Below are positions 27,327 through 40,282 of a stretch of DNA of 64,000 bases, piece by piece. Location: assembly GCF_045037415.1 (NCBI RefSeq), contig NZ_CP173438.1. One strand, 5' to 3'. Source of the stretch: Escherichia coli. GTDB lineage: Bacteria > Pseudomonadota > Gammaproteobacteria > Enterobacterales > Enterobacteriaceae. The position numbers and the translations under genes are program-made. Numbering within the stretch: the stretch's first letter is position 1; each line of letters begins with the position of its first letter. The notes beneath the pieces were generated by a model that worked only from the letters and a program-made list of their open reading frames with translations, made no database searches and was not told the DNA's origin.

Positions 27327-28508
27327 ATGAAAGACGTTGTGATTGTCGGGGCGTTACGGACACCTATCGGCTGCTTTCGTGGTGCGTTAGCGGGTCATTC
27401 CGCCGTGGAACTTGGCAGCCTGGTCGTCAAAGCGTTAATAGAACGTACCGGCGTTCCTGCATATGCGGTGGATGAAGTGATTCTTGGTCAGGTGTTGACT
27501 GCAGGGGCAGGGCAGAATCCGGCAAGACAATCGGCTATTAAAGGTGGTCTTCCTAATAGCGTTTCTGCAATCACTATTAATGACGTTTGTGGTTCCGGGC
27601 TTAAAGCACTGCATCTGGCTACTCAGGCGATACAGTGTGGCGAGGCTGATATTGTCATCGCCGGTGGCCAGGAAAACATGAGCCGCGCACCACATGTTCT
27701 GACTGATAGCCGCACCGGCGCACAGCTTGGCAATAGCCAGTTGGTTGATAGTCTTGTGCATGATGGGTTGTGGGATGCCTTCAATGATTATCATATTGGT
27801 GTCACCGCCGAAAATCTGGCTCGCGAATATGGCATCAGCCGTCAGTTGCAGGATGCTTACGCACTTAGCTCGCAACAAAAAGCGCGAGCGGCGATTGACG
27901 CCGGACGATTTAAAGATGAGATCGTCCCGGTAATAACCCAAAGTAACGGTCAGACGTTGGTTGTTGATACCGATGAACAGCCACGCACTGACACCAGCGC
28001 AGAAGGCTTAGCCCGTTTAAATCCTTCATTTGATAGTCTCGGTTCTGTGACAGCGGGTAATGCATCATCCATAAACGATGGGGCAGCTGCAGTAATGATG
28101 ATGAGCGAAGCCAAAGCACGAGCGTTGAATTTACCCGTGCTGGCCCGCATCCGCGCATTTGCCAGCGTTGGTGTGGATCCGGCATTGATGGGAATTGCGC
28201 CGGTGTATGCGACCCGCCGTTGCCTGGAGCGTGTTGGCTGGCAGTTGGCTGATGTCGATCTTATCGAGGCTAATGAAGCGTTTGCTGCACAGGCGCTTTC
28301 GGTTGGCAAGATGCTTGAATGGGATGAGCGTCGGGTCAATGTTAATGGTGGTGCGATCGCACTCGGTCACCCGATAGGCGCTTCCGGTTGCCGAATCCTG
28401 GTTTCTCTTGTTCATGAAATGGTGAAACGTAATGCCCGCAAAGGACTGGCAACGCTTTGTATCGGCGGAGGCCAGGGTGTGGCATTGACCATTGAACGTG
28501 ACGAGTAG
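27327..28508 (+). CDS. yqeF: Acetyl-CoA acetyltransferase (thiolase II) paralogue YqeF
   Basis: Thiolase motifs are present (active-site Cys in NDVCGSGLKA, C-terminal CIGGGQG). The ATG at 27327 has better spacing to GAGG than the GTG at 27324, giving 393 aa. Confidence 0.93.
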   Translation: MKDVVIVGALRTPIGCFRGALAGHSAVELGSLVVKALIERTGVPAYAVDEVILGQVLTAGAGQNPARQSAIKGGLPNSVSAITINDVCGSGLKALHLATQAIQCGEADIVIAGGQENMSRAPHVLTDSRTGAQLGNSQLVDSLVHDGLWDAFNDYHIGVTAENLAREYGISRQLQDAYALSSQQKARAAIDAGRFKDEIVPVITQSNGQTLVVDTDEQPRTDTSAEGLARLNPSFDSLGSVTAGNASSINDGAAAVMMMSEAKARALNLPVLARIRAFASVGVDPALMGIAPVYATRRCLERVGWQLADVDLIEANEAFAAQALSVGKMLEWDERRVNVNGGAIALGHPIGASGCRILVSLVHEMVKRNARKGLATLCIGGGQGVALTIERDE

Positions 28509-28665
28509 CTCTGCATTACCTCCTTACCGATAAATATCTGCCGTCATTAATCTGTTGAATAATGATGGCTGGTGAGTCGACATACCTTTTCAGGGCTCCC
28601 TGATTTTTCCATTCTCATGACATATTCGTGATCGACACTGCACTTTTTTTAATCCTTAACTTGAA

Positions 28666-28751
28666 AATGAAACATTGTTTTATTTTTAATTGAAAACCCT
28701 ATCCCATGGGCATATCATCCCCTCATAGAGAAAACGAAACAGTGTTTTATT
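28666..28751. promoter_or_regulatory. Two KdgR operator boxes in the kduI promoter region
   Basis: AATGAAACATTGTTTTATT (28666..28684) matches the KdgR consensus AATRAAAYRNYRTTTYATT at every defined position. AACGAAACAGTGTTTTATT (28733..28751) has one mismatch. Confidence 0.6.
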
Positions 28752-28794
28752 ATTGTTTTCTATTTTCACGCTTCACTGATTATCGGAGGTTGAT

Positions 28795-29631
28795 GTGGAC
28801 GTAAGACAGAGCATCCACAGCGCGCACGCAAAAACGCTGGATACCCAGGGGCTGCGCAATGAATTTTTGGTTGAAAAGGTATTTGTCGCCGATGAGTACA
28901 CCATGGTTTACAGCCACATTGACCGTATTATTGTTGGCGGCATTATGCCGGTAACTAAAACGGTTTCCGTTGGCGGGGAAGTTGGTAAACAACTCGGCGT
29001 AAGCTATTTCCTTGAACGTCGCGAGTTAGGTGTTATCAATATTGGCGGTGCCGGTACGATTACTGTCGATGGTCAATGCTATGAAATCGGTCACCGCGAC
29101 GCCCTGTATGTTGGTAAAGGTGCAAAAGAAGTTGTCTTTGCCAGTATTGATACCGCCACTCCGGCGAAGTTTTATTACAATTGCGCACCCGCGCATACGA
29201 CGTATCCCACCAAAAAAGTCACACCGGACGAAGTATCTCCAGTCACGTTAGGCGATAACCTCACCAGTAACCGTCGCACGATTAACAAATATTTTGTCCC
29301 GGATGTGCTGGAAACCTGCCAATTGAGTATGGGGCTGACGGAGCTGGCTCCAGGTAACTTGTGGAACACCATGCCGTGTCACACCCACGAGCGCCGGATG
29401 GAAGTTTATTTCTATTTCAATATGGATGATGACGCCTGCGTTTTCCACATGATGGGGCAACCGCAAGAAACGCGTCACATTGTGATGCATAACGAGCAGG
29501 CGGTGATCTCCCCGAGCTGGTCGATCCATTCCGGCGTCGGAACCAAAGCTTATACCTTTATCTGGGGCATGGTCGGTGAAAACCAGGTTTTTGATGATAT
29601 GGACCATGTGGCCGTTAAAGATTTGCGCTAG
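28795..29631 (+). CDS. kduI: 5-dehydro-4-deoxy-D-glucuronate isomerase KduI
   Basis: 278-aa ORF with a GTG start preceded by GGAGG. Recognised as E. coli KduI (cupin). Confidence 0.95.
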
Positions 29632-29660
29632 TTGTGGGCATAAACGAATAAGGTATTGTT

Positions 29661-30422
29661 ATGATTTTAAGTGCATTTTCTCTCGAAGGTAAAGTTGCGG
29701 TCGTCACTGGTTGTGATACTGGGCTGGGCCAGGGGATGGCGTTGGGGCTGGCGCAAGCGGGCTGTGACATTGTTGGCATTAACATCGTTGAACCGACTGA
29801 AACCATCAAGCAGGTCACGGCGCTGGGGCGTCGTTTTTTAAGCCTGACCGCCGATCTGCGAAAGATTGATGGCATTCCAGCACTGCTGGATCGCGCGGTA
29901 GCGGAGTTTGGTCATATTGATATCCTGGTGAATAACGCCGGATTGATTCGCCGCGAAGACGCTCTCGAATTCAGCGAAAAAGACTGGGACGATGTCATGA
30001 ACCTGAATATCAAGAGCGTATTCTTCATGTCTCAGGCAGCGGCGAAACACTTTATCGCGCAAGGCAATGGCGGCAAGATTATCAATATCGCGTCAATGCT
30101 CTCCTTCCAGGGCGGGATCCGTGTGCCTTCTTATACCGCATCAAAAAGCGGTGTGATGGGCGTGACGCGATTGATGGCGAACGAATGGGCTAAACACAAC
30201 ATTAATGTTAATGCGATAGCTCCGGGTTACATGGCGACCAACAATACTCAACAACTGCGGGCAGATGAACAACGTAGCGCGGAAATTCTCGACCGCATTC
30301 CAGCTGGCCGTTGGGGACTGCCGAGTGACCTGATGGGGCCGGTGGTGTTCCTTGCCTCCAGCGCTTCAGATTATGTGAATGGTTATACCATTGCCGTGGA
30401 TGGCGGTTGGCTGGCGCGTTAA
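29661..30422 (+). CDS. kduD: 2-dehydro-3-deoxy-D-gluconate 5-dehydrogenase KduD (SDR)
   Basis: 253-aa ORF with the SDR motifs TGCDTGLG and YTASK. Confidence 0.95.
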   Translation: MILSAFSLEGKVAVVTGCDTGLGQGMALGLAQAGCDIVGINIVEPTETIKQVTALGRRFLSLTADLRKIDGIPALLDRAVAEFGHIDILVNNAGLIRREDALEFSEKDWDDVMNLNIKSVFFMSQAAAKHFIAQGNGGKIINIASMLSFQGGIRVPSYTASKSGVMGVTRLMANEWAKHNINVNAIAPGYMATNNTQQLRADEQRSAEILDRIPAGRWGLPSDLMGPVVFLASSASDYVNGYTIAVDGGWLAR

Positions 30423-30443
30423 TTCATTCCTCTTACTTTTATG

Positions 30444-30469
30444 ACCCTGTCGCATGGCAGGGTTTTTTA
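30444..30469 (+). terminator. Intrinsic terminator after kduD
   Basis: ACCCTG-tcgcatgg-CAGGGT followed by TTTTTT. Confidence 0.6.
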
Positions 30470-30637
30470 TACCTGTAGATCATCATAATCCATATCATGG
30501 TTATGAAATAATCCATATCAATTATCAATTGATGAACTTTATGAATTTTATCTGCTTTAAAATTAGGTGGTTAATAATAATCTCAATAATTCAACTTAAT
30601 TTGAAAATTGGAATATCCATCACATAACGACATGTCG

Positions 30638-30671
30638 TAGCAATTTAATCCATATTTATGCTATTTCCGAC
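30638..30671 (+). promoter_or_regulatory. AraC I1-I2-type activator site of the araE promoter
   Basis: TAGCAATTTAATCCATA (30638..30654) closely resembles araI1 TAGCATTTTTATCCATA. It is followed directly by a second 17-bp half-site, TTTATGCTATTTCCGAC, about 65 nt upstream of the araE ATG. Confidence 0.5.
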
Positions 30672-30736
30672 CTGACACCTGTGTGAATTGTTCACGTATT
30701 TTTTCACTATGTCTTACTCTCTGCTGGCAGGAAAAA

Positions 30737-32155
30737 ATGGTTACTATCAATACGGAATCTGCTTTAACGCCACGTCCTCTGCGGGATACGCGGCGTATGA
30801 ATATGTTTGTTTCGGTAGCTGCTGCGGTCGCAGGATTGTTATTTGGTCTTGATATCGGCGTAATCGCCGGAGCGTTGCCGTTCATTACCGATCACTTTGT
30901 GCTGACCAGTCGTTTGCAGGAATGGGTGGTCAGTAGCATGATGCTCGGTGCAGCAATTGGTGCGCTGTTTAATGGTTGGCTGTCGTTCCGCCTGGGGCGT
31001 AAATACAGCCTGATGGCGGGGGCCATCCTGTTTGTACTCGGTTCGATAGGGTCCGCTTTTGCGACCAGCGTAGAGATGTTAATCGCCGCTCGTGTGGTGT
31101 TGGGCATTGCTGTCGGGATCGCGTCTTACACCGCTCCTCTATATCTTTCTGAAATGGCAAGTGAAAACGTTCGCGGTAAGATGATCAGCATGTACCAGTT
31201 GATGGTCACTCTCGGCATCGTGCTGGCGTTTTTATCCGATACAGCGTTCAGTTATAGCGGTAACTGGCGCGCAATGTTGGGGGTTCTTGCTTTACCAGCA
31301 GTTCTGCTGATTATTCTGGTGGTCTTCCTGCCAAATAGCCCGCGCTGGCTGGCGGAAAAGGGGCGTCATATTGAGGCGGAAGAAGTATTGCGTATGCTGC
31401 GCGATACGTCGGAAAAAGCGCGAGAAGAACTCAACGAAATTCGCGAAAGCCTGAAGTTAAAACAGGGCGGTTGGGCACTGTTTAAGATCAACCGTAACGT
31501 CCGTCGTGCTGTATTTCTCGGTATGTTGTTGCAGGCGATGCAGCAGTTTACCGGTATGAACATCATCATGTACTACGCGCCACGTATCTTCAAAATGGCG
31601 GGCTTTACGACCACAGAACAACAGATGATTGCGACTCTGGTCGTGGGGCTGACCTTTATGTTCGCTACCTTCATTGCGGTCTTTACGGTAGATAAAGCAG
31701 GGCGTAAGCCGGCGCTGAAAATTGGTTTCAGCGTGATGGCGTTAGGCACTCTGGTGCTGGGTTACTGCCTGATGCAGTTTGATAACGGTACGGCTTCCAG
31801 TGGCTTGTCCTGGCTCTCTGTTGGCATGACGATGATGTGTATTGCCGGTTATGCGATGAGCGCCGCGCCAGTGGTGTGGATCTTGTGCTCTGAAATTCAG
31901 CCGCTGAAATGCCGCGATTTTGGCATCACCTGCTCAACGACGACAAACTGGGTGTCGAATATGATTATCGGCGCGACCTTCCTGACACTGCTTGATAGCA
32001 TTGGCGCTGCCGGTACGTTCTGGCTCTACACTGCGCTGAACATTGCGTTTGTGGGCATCACTTTCTGGCTCATTCCGGAAACCAAAAATGTCACGCTGGA
32101 ACATATCGAGCGCAAACTGATGGCAGGCGAAAAGTTGAGAAATATCGGCGTCTGA
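30737..32155 (+). CDS. araE: Arabinose:H+ symporter AraE (MFS sugar porter)
   Basis: From the ATG at 30737 the product is [27 protein letters not shown]..., 472 aa, recognised as AraE. The 18 upstream codons in the track ORF are a spurious extension running through the promoter. Confidence 0.95.
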   Translation: MVTINTESALTPRPLRDTRRMNMFVSVAAAVAGLLFGLDIGVIAGALPFITDHFVLTSRLQEWVVSSMMLGAAIGALFNGWLSFRLGRKYSLMAGAILFVLGSIGSAFATSVEMLIAARVVLGIAVGIASYTAPLYLSEMASENVRGKMISMYQLMVTLGIVLAFLSDTAFSYSGNWRAMLGVLALPAVLLIILVVFLPNSPRWLAEKGRHIEAEEVLRMLRDTSEKAREELNEIRESLKLKQGGWALFKINRNVRRAVFLGMLLQAMQQFTGMNIIMYYAPRIFKMAGFTTTEQQMIATLVVGLTFMFATFIAVFTVDKAGRKPALKIGFSVMALGTLVLGYCLMQFDNGTASSGLSWLSVGMTMMCIAGYAMSAAPVVWILCSEIQPLKCRDFGITCSTTTNWVSNMIIGATFLTLLDSIGAAGTFWLYTALNIAFVGITFWLIPETKNVTLEHIERKLMAGEKLRNIGV

Positions 32156-32161
32156 TTTCAC

Positions 32162-32194
32162 GGGCCGGATGTGCTGTACATCCGGCCCTTTTTT
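32162..32194 (+). terminator. Intrinsic terminator after araE
   Basis: GGGCCGGATGT-gctgt-ACATCCGGCCC followed by TTTTTT. Confidence 0.75.
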
Positions 32195-32283
32195 CGTTAA
32201 TAGAGATTAGGCACCTGGCCGTTGAGGCGTTTGCCTCGTTCCTTATTCAGCCTTGTTGCGGTAACACTCATCAGGAGAGAGGA

Positions 32284-32976
32284 ATGAAAACAATTGGTTT
32301 GCTGGGAGGAATGAGCTGGGAATCCACTATTCCTTACTATCGTCTGATAAATGAAGGCATTAAACAGCGGCTTGGTGGGCTTCACTCTGCGCAAGTGCTG
32401 CTACATAGCGTCGATTTTCATGAAATAGAAGAGTGCCAGCGTCGCGGTGAGTGGGACAAAACCGGGGATATTCTGGCTGAGGCGGCGCTTGGCTTACAGC
32501 GGGCGGGCGCAGAAGGTATTGTGTTATGCACCAATACGATGCACAAAGTGGCGGATGCCATTGAGTCTCGTTGCTCTCTGCCTTTCTTACACATAGCGGA
32601 TGCCACTGGACGTGCAATTACCGGGGCAGGAATGACTCGTGTGGCGCTGCTGGGTACACGTTACACCATGGAACAGGATTTTTATCGCGGGCGGCTGACG
32701 GAACAATTTTCCATCAACTGTCTTATTCCTGAAGCGGATGACCGGGCGAAAATTAATCAGATTATTTTTGAAGAACTGTGTCTGGGGCAATTTACCGAAG
32801 CGTCACGCGCTTATTATGCGCAAGTGATTGCTCGCCTTGCAGAACAGGGCGCACAGGGCGTCATTTTTGGCTGCACAGAAATTGGTTTACTGGTGCCAGA
32901 AGAGCGCAGTGTTCTGCCTGTGTTTGATACCGCGGCGATCCATGCCGAGGATGCTGTCGCTTTTATGCTGTCGTAG
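32284..32976 (+). CDS. ygeA: Asp/Glu/hydantoin racemase-family amino-acid racemase YgeA
   Basis: 230-aa ORF ([15 protein letters not shown]...). The two catalytic-Cys contexts are LCTNTMH and FGCTEIGL. Confidence 0.9.
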   Translation: MKTIGLLGGMSWESTIPYYRLINEGIKQRLGGLHSAQVLLHSVDFHEIEECQRRGEWDKTGDILAEAALGLQRAGAEGIVLCTNTMHKVADAIESRCSLPFLHIADATGRAITGAGMTRVALLGTRYTMEQDFYRGRLTEQFSINCLIPEADDRAKINQIIFEELCLGQFTEASRAYYAQVIARLAEQGAQGVIFGCTEIGLLVPEERSVLPVFDTAAIHAEDAVAFMLS

Positions 32977-33898
32977 CTGACGACAAAATAGCGTCAAGAG
33001 AAGTGACCAGTTTCGGTAATCCCGCTTGTAAATGCTCACTAAACGCCTGCACCAGCGCTGATGACGGGCGGTGCAGGGGGCGGATCAGGCTGACGGTGAA
33101 TGGAACCGCAATGCTGAACCGCCGCACCACTAAACCGCTTGCCGCATAATCCAGTGCGGTGAGCGGGTTAACCACTGAAACGCCTACCCCCGCCCGTACC
33201 ATTGCGCAGACTGACGCGGCGCTGTGGGTTTCTACGATCATGCGTCGTTTAACCTGATTCTCAGTAAACAATTGATCCAGCAACTGGCGATAGCTGTCAG
33301 TACGGGAAAGGCTGATGTAGTTCTCACCGTGAAAATCATCCGGCGTTAATACCTTTTTTACCGCCAGCGGATGGCCCGGAGGTAACACACACACTTCATC
33401 TAAAGAGAGTAATTCGGTACGTTCTGTTCCCGCAGGCGTATGGAGCGTTTCAGTGAGTCCTAAATCATGACGCTGGGCCGAGAGCCACTCTTCAAGTAGC
33501 GGTGATTCCTGGGGCACGATATTTAAGCTGACATCGGGATAACGTGCCAGAAAGGGTTGCAGGAGCTGCGGTAAAAAAGATTGCGAAAAGACCGGCAGGC
33601 AGGCAATAGACAGTTCTCCCTGGCGAAACTCGCGCAGACTTTCTGCGGCACTGACAATGCGATCCAGTCCGTACCAGGATCGTTGCACTTCTTCAAACAG
33701 ACGCAGTCCTTGCACGGTAGGATGTAATCGTCCACGTATGCGCTCAAACAATTTCAGCCCGATCACCTTCTCAAAGCGCGCCAGTTCGCGGCTGACGGTT
33801 GGCTGTGAGGTGTGTAGCAGGTGTGCCGCCTCAGTCAGGCTTCCGGCGGTCATTACCGCATGAAAAATTTCAATATGACGTAAGTTAACGGCGGCCAT
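32963..33898 (-). CDS. lysR: LysR, transcriptional activator of lysA
   Basis: 311-aa ORF with an LTTR HTH N-terminus ([38 protein letters not shown]). It is divergent from lysA, and its 3' end overlaps ygeA by 14 bp. Confidence 0.95.
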   Translation of the reverse strand: MAAVNLRHIEIFHAVMTAGSLTEAAHLLHTSQPTVSRELARFEKVIGLKLFERIRGRLHPTVQGLRLFEEVQRSWYGLDRIVSAAESLREFRQGELSIACLPVFSQSFLPQLLQPFLARYPDVSLNIVPQESPLLEEWLSAQRHDLGLTETLHTPAGTERTELLSLDEVCVLPPGHPLAVKKVLTPDDFHGENYISLSRTDSYRQLLDQLFTENQVKRRMIVETHSAASVCAMVRAGVGVSVVNPLTALDYAASGLVVRRFSIAVPFTVSLIRPLHRPSSALVQAFSEHLQAGLPKLVTSLDAILSSATTA

Positions 33899-34019
33899 TA
33901 GCGCTCTCTCGCAATCCGGTAATCCATATCATTTTTGCATAGACTCGACATAAATCGATATTTTTTATTCTTTTTATGATGTGGCGTAATCATAAAAAAG
34001 CACTTATCTGGAGTTTGTT

Positions 34020-35282
34020 ATGCCACATTCACTGTTCAGCACTGATACCGATCTCACCGCCGAAAATCTGCTGCGTTTGCCCGCAGAATTTGGCTGCCCG
34101 GTGTGGGTCTACGATGCGCAAATTATTCGTCGGCAGATTGCGGCGCTGAAACAGTTTGATGTGGTGCGCTTTGCACAGAAAGCCTGTTCCAATATTCATA
34201 TTTTGCGCTTAATGCGTGAGCAGGGCGTAAAAGTGGATTCCGTCTCGTTAGGTGAAATAGAGCGTGCACTGGCGGCGGGTTACAATCCGCAAACGCACCC
34301 TGATGATATTGTTTTTACGGCAGATGTTATCGATCAGGCGACGCTTGAACGCGTCAGTGAATTGCAAATTCCGGTGAATGCGGGTTCTGTTGATATGCTC
34401 GACCAACTGGGGCAGGTTTCGCCAGGGCATCGGGTATGGCTGCGTGTTAATCCGGGGTTTGGTCACGGGCATAGCCAAAAAACCAATACCGGTGGCGAAA
34501 ACAGCAAGCACGGTATCTGGTACACCGATCTGCCCGCCGCACTGGACGTGATACAACGTCATCATCTACAGCTGGTCGGCATTCACATGCACATTGGTTC
34601 TGGCGTCGATTATGCCCATCTGGAACAGGTATGTGGTGCTATGGTGCGTCAAGTCCTCGAATTCGGTCAGGATTTACAGGCTATTTCTGCGGGCGGTGGG
34701 CTTTCTATTCCTTATCAACAGGGTGAAGAGGCGGTTGATACCGAACATTATTATGGTCTGTGGAATGCCGCGCGTGAGCAAATCGCCCGCCATTTGGGCC
34801 ATCCTGTGAAACTGGAAATTGAACCGGGTCGCTTTCTGGTAGCGCAGGCTGGCGTATTAATTACTCAAGTGCGGAGCGTCAAACAAATGGGTAGCCGCCA
34901 CTTTGTTCTGGTTGATGCCGGGTTCAACGATCTGATGCGCCCGGCAATGTACGGTAGTTACCACCATATCAGTGCCCTGGCAGCTGATGGTCGTTCTCTG
35001 GAACACGCGCCAACGGTGGAAACCGTCGTCGCCGGGCCGTTATGTGAATCGGGCGATGTCTTTACCCAGCAGGAAGGGGGAAATGTCGAAACCCGCGCCT
35101 TGCCGGAAGTGAAGGCGGGTGATTATCTGGTACTGCATGATACAGGGGCATATGGCGCGTCAATGTCATCCAACTACAACAGCCGTCCGCTGTTACCAGA
35201 AGTTCTGTTTGATAATGGTCAGGCGCGGTTGATTCGCCGTCGCCAGACCATTGAAGAATTACTGGCGCTGGAATTGCTTTAA
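34020..35282 (+). CDS. lysA: Diaminopimelate decarboxylase LysA
   Basis: 420-aa ORF, recognised as E. coli LysA (PLP lysine context FAQKACSN). Confidence 0.96.
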   Translation: MPHSLFSTDTDLTAENLLRLPAEFGCPVWVYDAQIIRRQIAALKQFDVVRFAQKACSNIHILRLMREQGVKVDSVSLGEIERALAAGYNPQTHPDDIVFTADVIDQATLERVSELQIPVNAGSVDMLDQLGQVSPGHRVWLRVNPGFGHGHSQKTNTGGENSKHGIWYTDLPAALDVIQRHHLQLVGIHMHIGSGVDYAHLEQVCGAMVRQVLEFGQDLQAISAGGGLSIPYQQGEEAVDTEHYYGLWNAAREQIARHLGHPVKLEIEPGRFLVAQAGVLITQVRSVKQMGSRHFVLVDAGFNDLMRPAMYGSYHHISALAADGRSLEHAPTVETVVAGPLCESGDVFTQQEGGNVETRALPEVKAGDYLVLHDTGAYGASMSSNYNSRPLLPEVLFDNGQARLIRRRQTIEELLALELL

Positions 35283-35288
35283 CTGCGG

Positions 35289-36320
35289 TTAGTCGCTGGT
35301 TGCATGATGACTTGCCTCCAGCGACGGAGTTGACACTGAATGGCGACGTACCAGCGTCGGACTAAAGACATTAGTGATTTCCGGGAGAGGGCGATTATCC
35401 GCCAGCGCCAAAGCCAGTTCGGCAGCCTGCGTCGCCATCGTCACGATTGGGTAACGCACGGTGGTCAGGCGCGGACGCACATAGCGTGACACCAGCACAT
35501 CATCAAAGCCAATTAACGAAATCTCACCCGGTACATCAATACCATTATCATTGAGCACGCCCATCGCGCCCGCCGCCATTGAATCGTTATAACAGGCTAC
35601 CGCAGTGAAATTTCTGCCTCGTCCCAAAAGCTCGGTCATTGCCTGTTCGCCGCCGCTTTCGTCTGGTTCGCCAAATGTCACCAGCCGGTCATTGGCCGGA
35701 ATACCACTTTCAGCAAGGGCATCGTAATACCCTTGCAGACGATCTTCGGCGTCAGAAATAGAGTGGTTAGAGCACAGATAACCAATGCGGGTATGACCTT
35801 GCTGAATTAAATGACGCGTTGCCAGCCAGGCACCGTAACGATCGTCCAGAGCAATACAACGGTTTTCAAAGCCAGGCAGGATACGGTTGATCAGCACCAT
35901 ACCGGGCATTTGTTTCATTAATGAGGCTAAATCGGCATCCGGGATCATTTTGGCATGGACAACCAGCGCAGCACAGCGATGGCGGATCAGTTGCTCAATG
36001 GCCTGACGCTCTTTTTGTTCGTTGTGGTAACCGTTGCCAATCAATAAAAAATTACCAGTGTGATAAGCCACCTGTTCGACCGCTTTCACCATTGCACCGA
36101 AAAACGGATCGGAAACATCACCAACGACCAGACCGATCGTTTCAGTGGTCTGCTGCGCCAGCGCACGGGCGTTGGCGTTCGGGTGATAGCTAAGAGACTC
36201 CATTGCACTATGCACAGCCAGTCGGGAAGCTTCGCTGGCTTTGGGTGAATTATTAATGACGCGGGAAACGGTGGCGACTGAAACGCCTGCCAGTCGGGCT
36301 ACATCCTTTATGGTCGCCAT
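35289..36320 (-). CDS. galR: Galactose repressor GalR (LacI family)
   Basis: 343-aa ORF, MATIKDVARLAGVSVATVSRVINN..., recognised as GalR. Confidence 0.96.
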   Translation of the reverse strand: MATIKDVARLAGVSVATVSRVINNSPKASEASRLAVHSAMESLSYHPNANARALAQQTTETIGLVVGDVSDPFFGAMVKAVEQVAYHTGNFLLIGNGYHNEQKERQAIEQLIRHRCAALVVHAKMIPDADLASLMKQMPGMVLINRILPGFENRCIALDDRYGAWLATRHLIQQGHTRIGYLCSNHSISDAEDRLQGYYDALAESGIPANDRLVTFGEPDESGGEQAMTELLGRGRNFTAVACYNDSMAAGAMGVLNDNGIDVPGEISLIGFDDVLVSRYVRPRLTTVRYPIVTMATQAAELALALADNRPLPEITNVFSPTLVRRHSVSTPSLEASHHATSD

Positions 36321-36334
36321 GAAAATACCTTAGT

Positions 36335-36350
36335 GGGTAAACGCTTACAT
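36335..36350. promoter_or_regulatory. GalR/GalS-type operator in the galR leader
   Basis: The minus strand reads ATGTAAGCGTTTACCC, matching the gal operator pattern nTGTAAnCGnTTaCAn. It is 15 nt upstream of the galR ATG. Confidence 0.45.
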
Positions 36351-36533
36351 TCTTTCAGTGTTACGGAAAACGCCCGTTGGTTCAAGGGGCGGCGTGTTTT
36401 CATTGTGGGAATGTGAGCCAAACGCAAATAAGTAAGACAAAAAAAGAGATTGCAAACCTTTGGTTACACTTTGCGAAACGCTGTTGCGATTGACCGCTGG
36501 TGGCGTTTGGCTTCAGGTTGCTAAAGTGGTGAT

Positions 36534-36615
36534 CCCAGAGGTATTGATAGGTGAAGTCAACTTCGGGTTGAGCACATGAATTACACCAGCCTGCGCAGAT
36601 GCGCAGGTTTTTTTT
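36534..36615 (+). ncRNA. omrB: Hfq-dependent sRNA OmrB (RygB)
   Basis: CCCAGAGGTATTGATAGGTGAAGTCAACTTCGGGTTGAGCACATGAATTACACCAGCCTGCGCAGATGCGCAGGTTTTTTTT matches OmrB as I remember it. It ends in a GC hairpin plus T-run terminator. Confidence 0.9.
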
Positions 36616-36730
36616 TGCCGGTCATCAATCTGTAACAGTAACCGACAATTTACACACCTCGTTGCATTTCCCTTCATTCCTTTGCGTTTTCTCGCTGGCG
36701 AAGAGTCGTCGTGCAGACCACAATCAAGAT

Positions 36731-36818
36731 CCCAGAGGTATTGATTGGTGAGATTATTCGGTACGCTCTTCGTACCCTGTCTCTTGCACCAACCTGCGCG
36801 GATGCGCAGGTTTTTTTT
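36731..36818 (+). ncRNA. omrA: Hfq-dependent sRNA OmrA (RygA)
   Basis: CCCAGAGGTATTGATTGGTGAGATTATTCGGTACGCTCTTCGTACCCTGTCTCTTGCACCAACCTGCGCGGATGCGCAGGTTTTTTTT, 88 nt. It shares its 5' seed and terminator with OmrB, 197 bp upstream. Confidence 0.9.
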
Positions 36819-36884
36819 CGCACCTAATTTACTGTCGCTCGCGTTCTTTATCTCGTGTAATCTCCCTCCATTCGCTTTTACTGA

Positions 36885-40251
<3,367 letters not shown>

Positions 40252-40254
40252 TAT

Positions 40255-40280
40255 TTAACGCCGGTTTTAACCGGCGTTAA
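40255..40280. terminator. Bidirectional hairpin between convergent lplT and tas
   Basis: TTAACGCCGG-ttttaa-CCGGCGTTAA, a perfect 10-bp stem. Confidence 0.6.
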
Positions 40281-40282
40281 TC

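Noticed and set aside
30681-30695. CRP-like half-sites TGTGAattgtTCACG just downstream of the AraC site.
   Set aside because: The spacing between TGTGA and TCAC is 5 rather than 6 nt. The position (between the AraC I2 site and the start codon) is wrong for a class I/II CRP activator site, so I could not support it.
30683-30736. N-terminal extension of the sugar transporter ORF. I also first guessed the gene was galP.
   Set aside because: The extension covers the promoter region just downstream of the AraC site. The protein from ATG 30737 is AraE ([10 protein letters not shown]...), and the kduD/ygeA neighbours fit araE, not galP.
36534-36818. Possible CRISPR-like or other repeat array suggested by repeated units with GC-rich palindromes.
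   Set aside because: There are only two units, each ending in a T-run terminator, and they match OmrB and OmrA. No cas genes or further repeats occur anywhere in the window.
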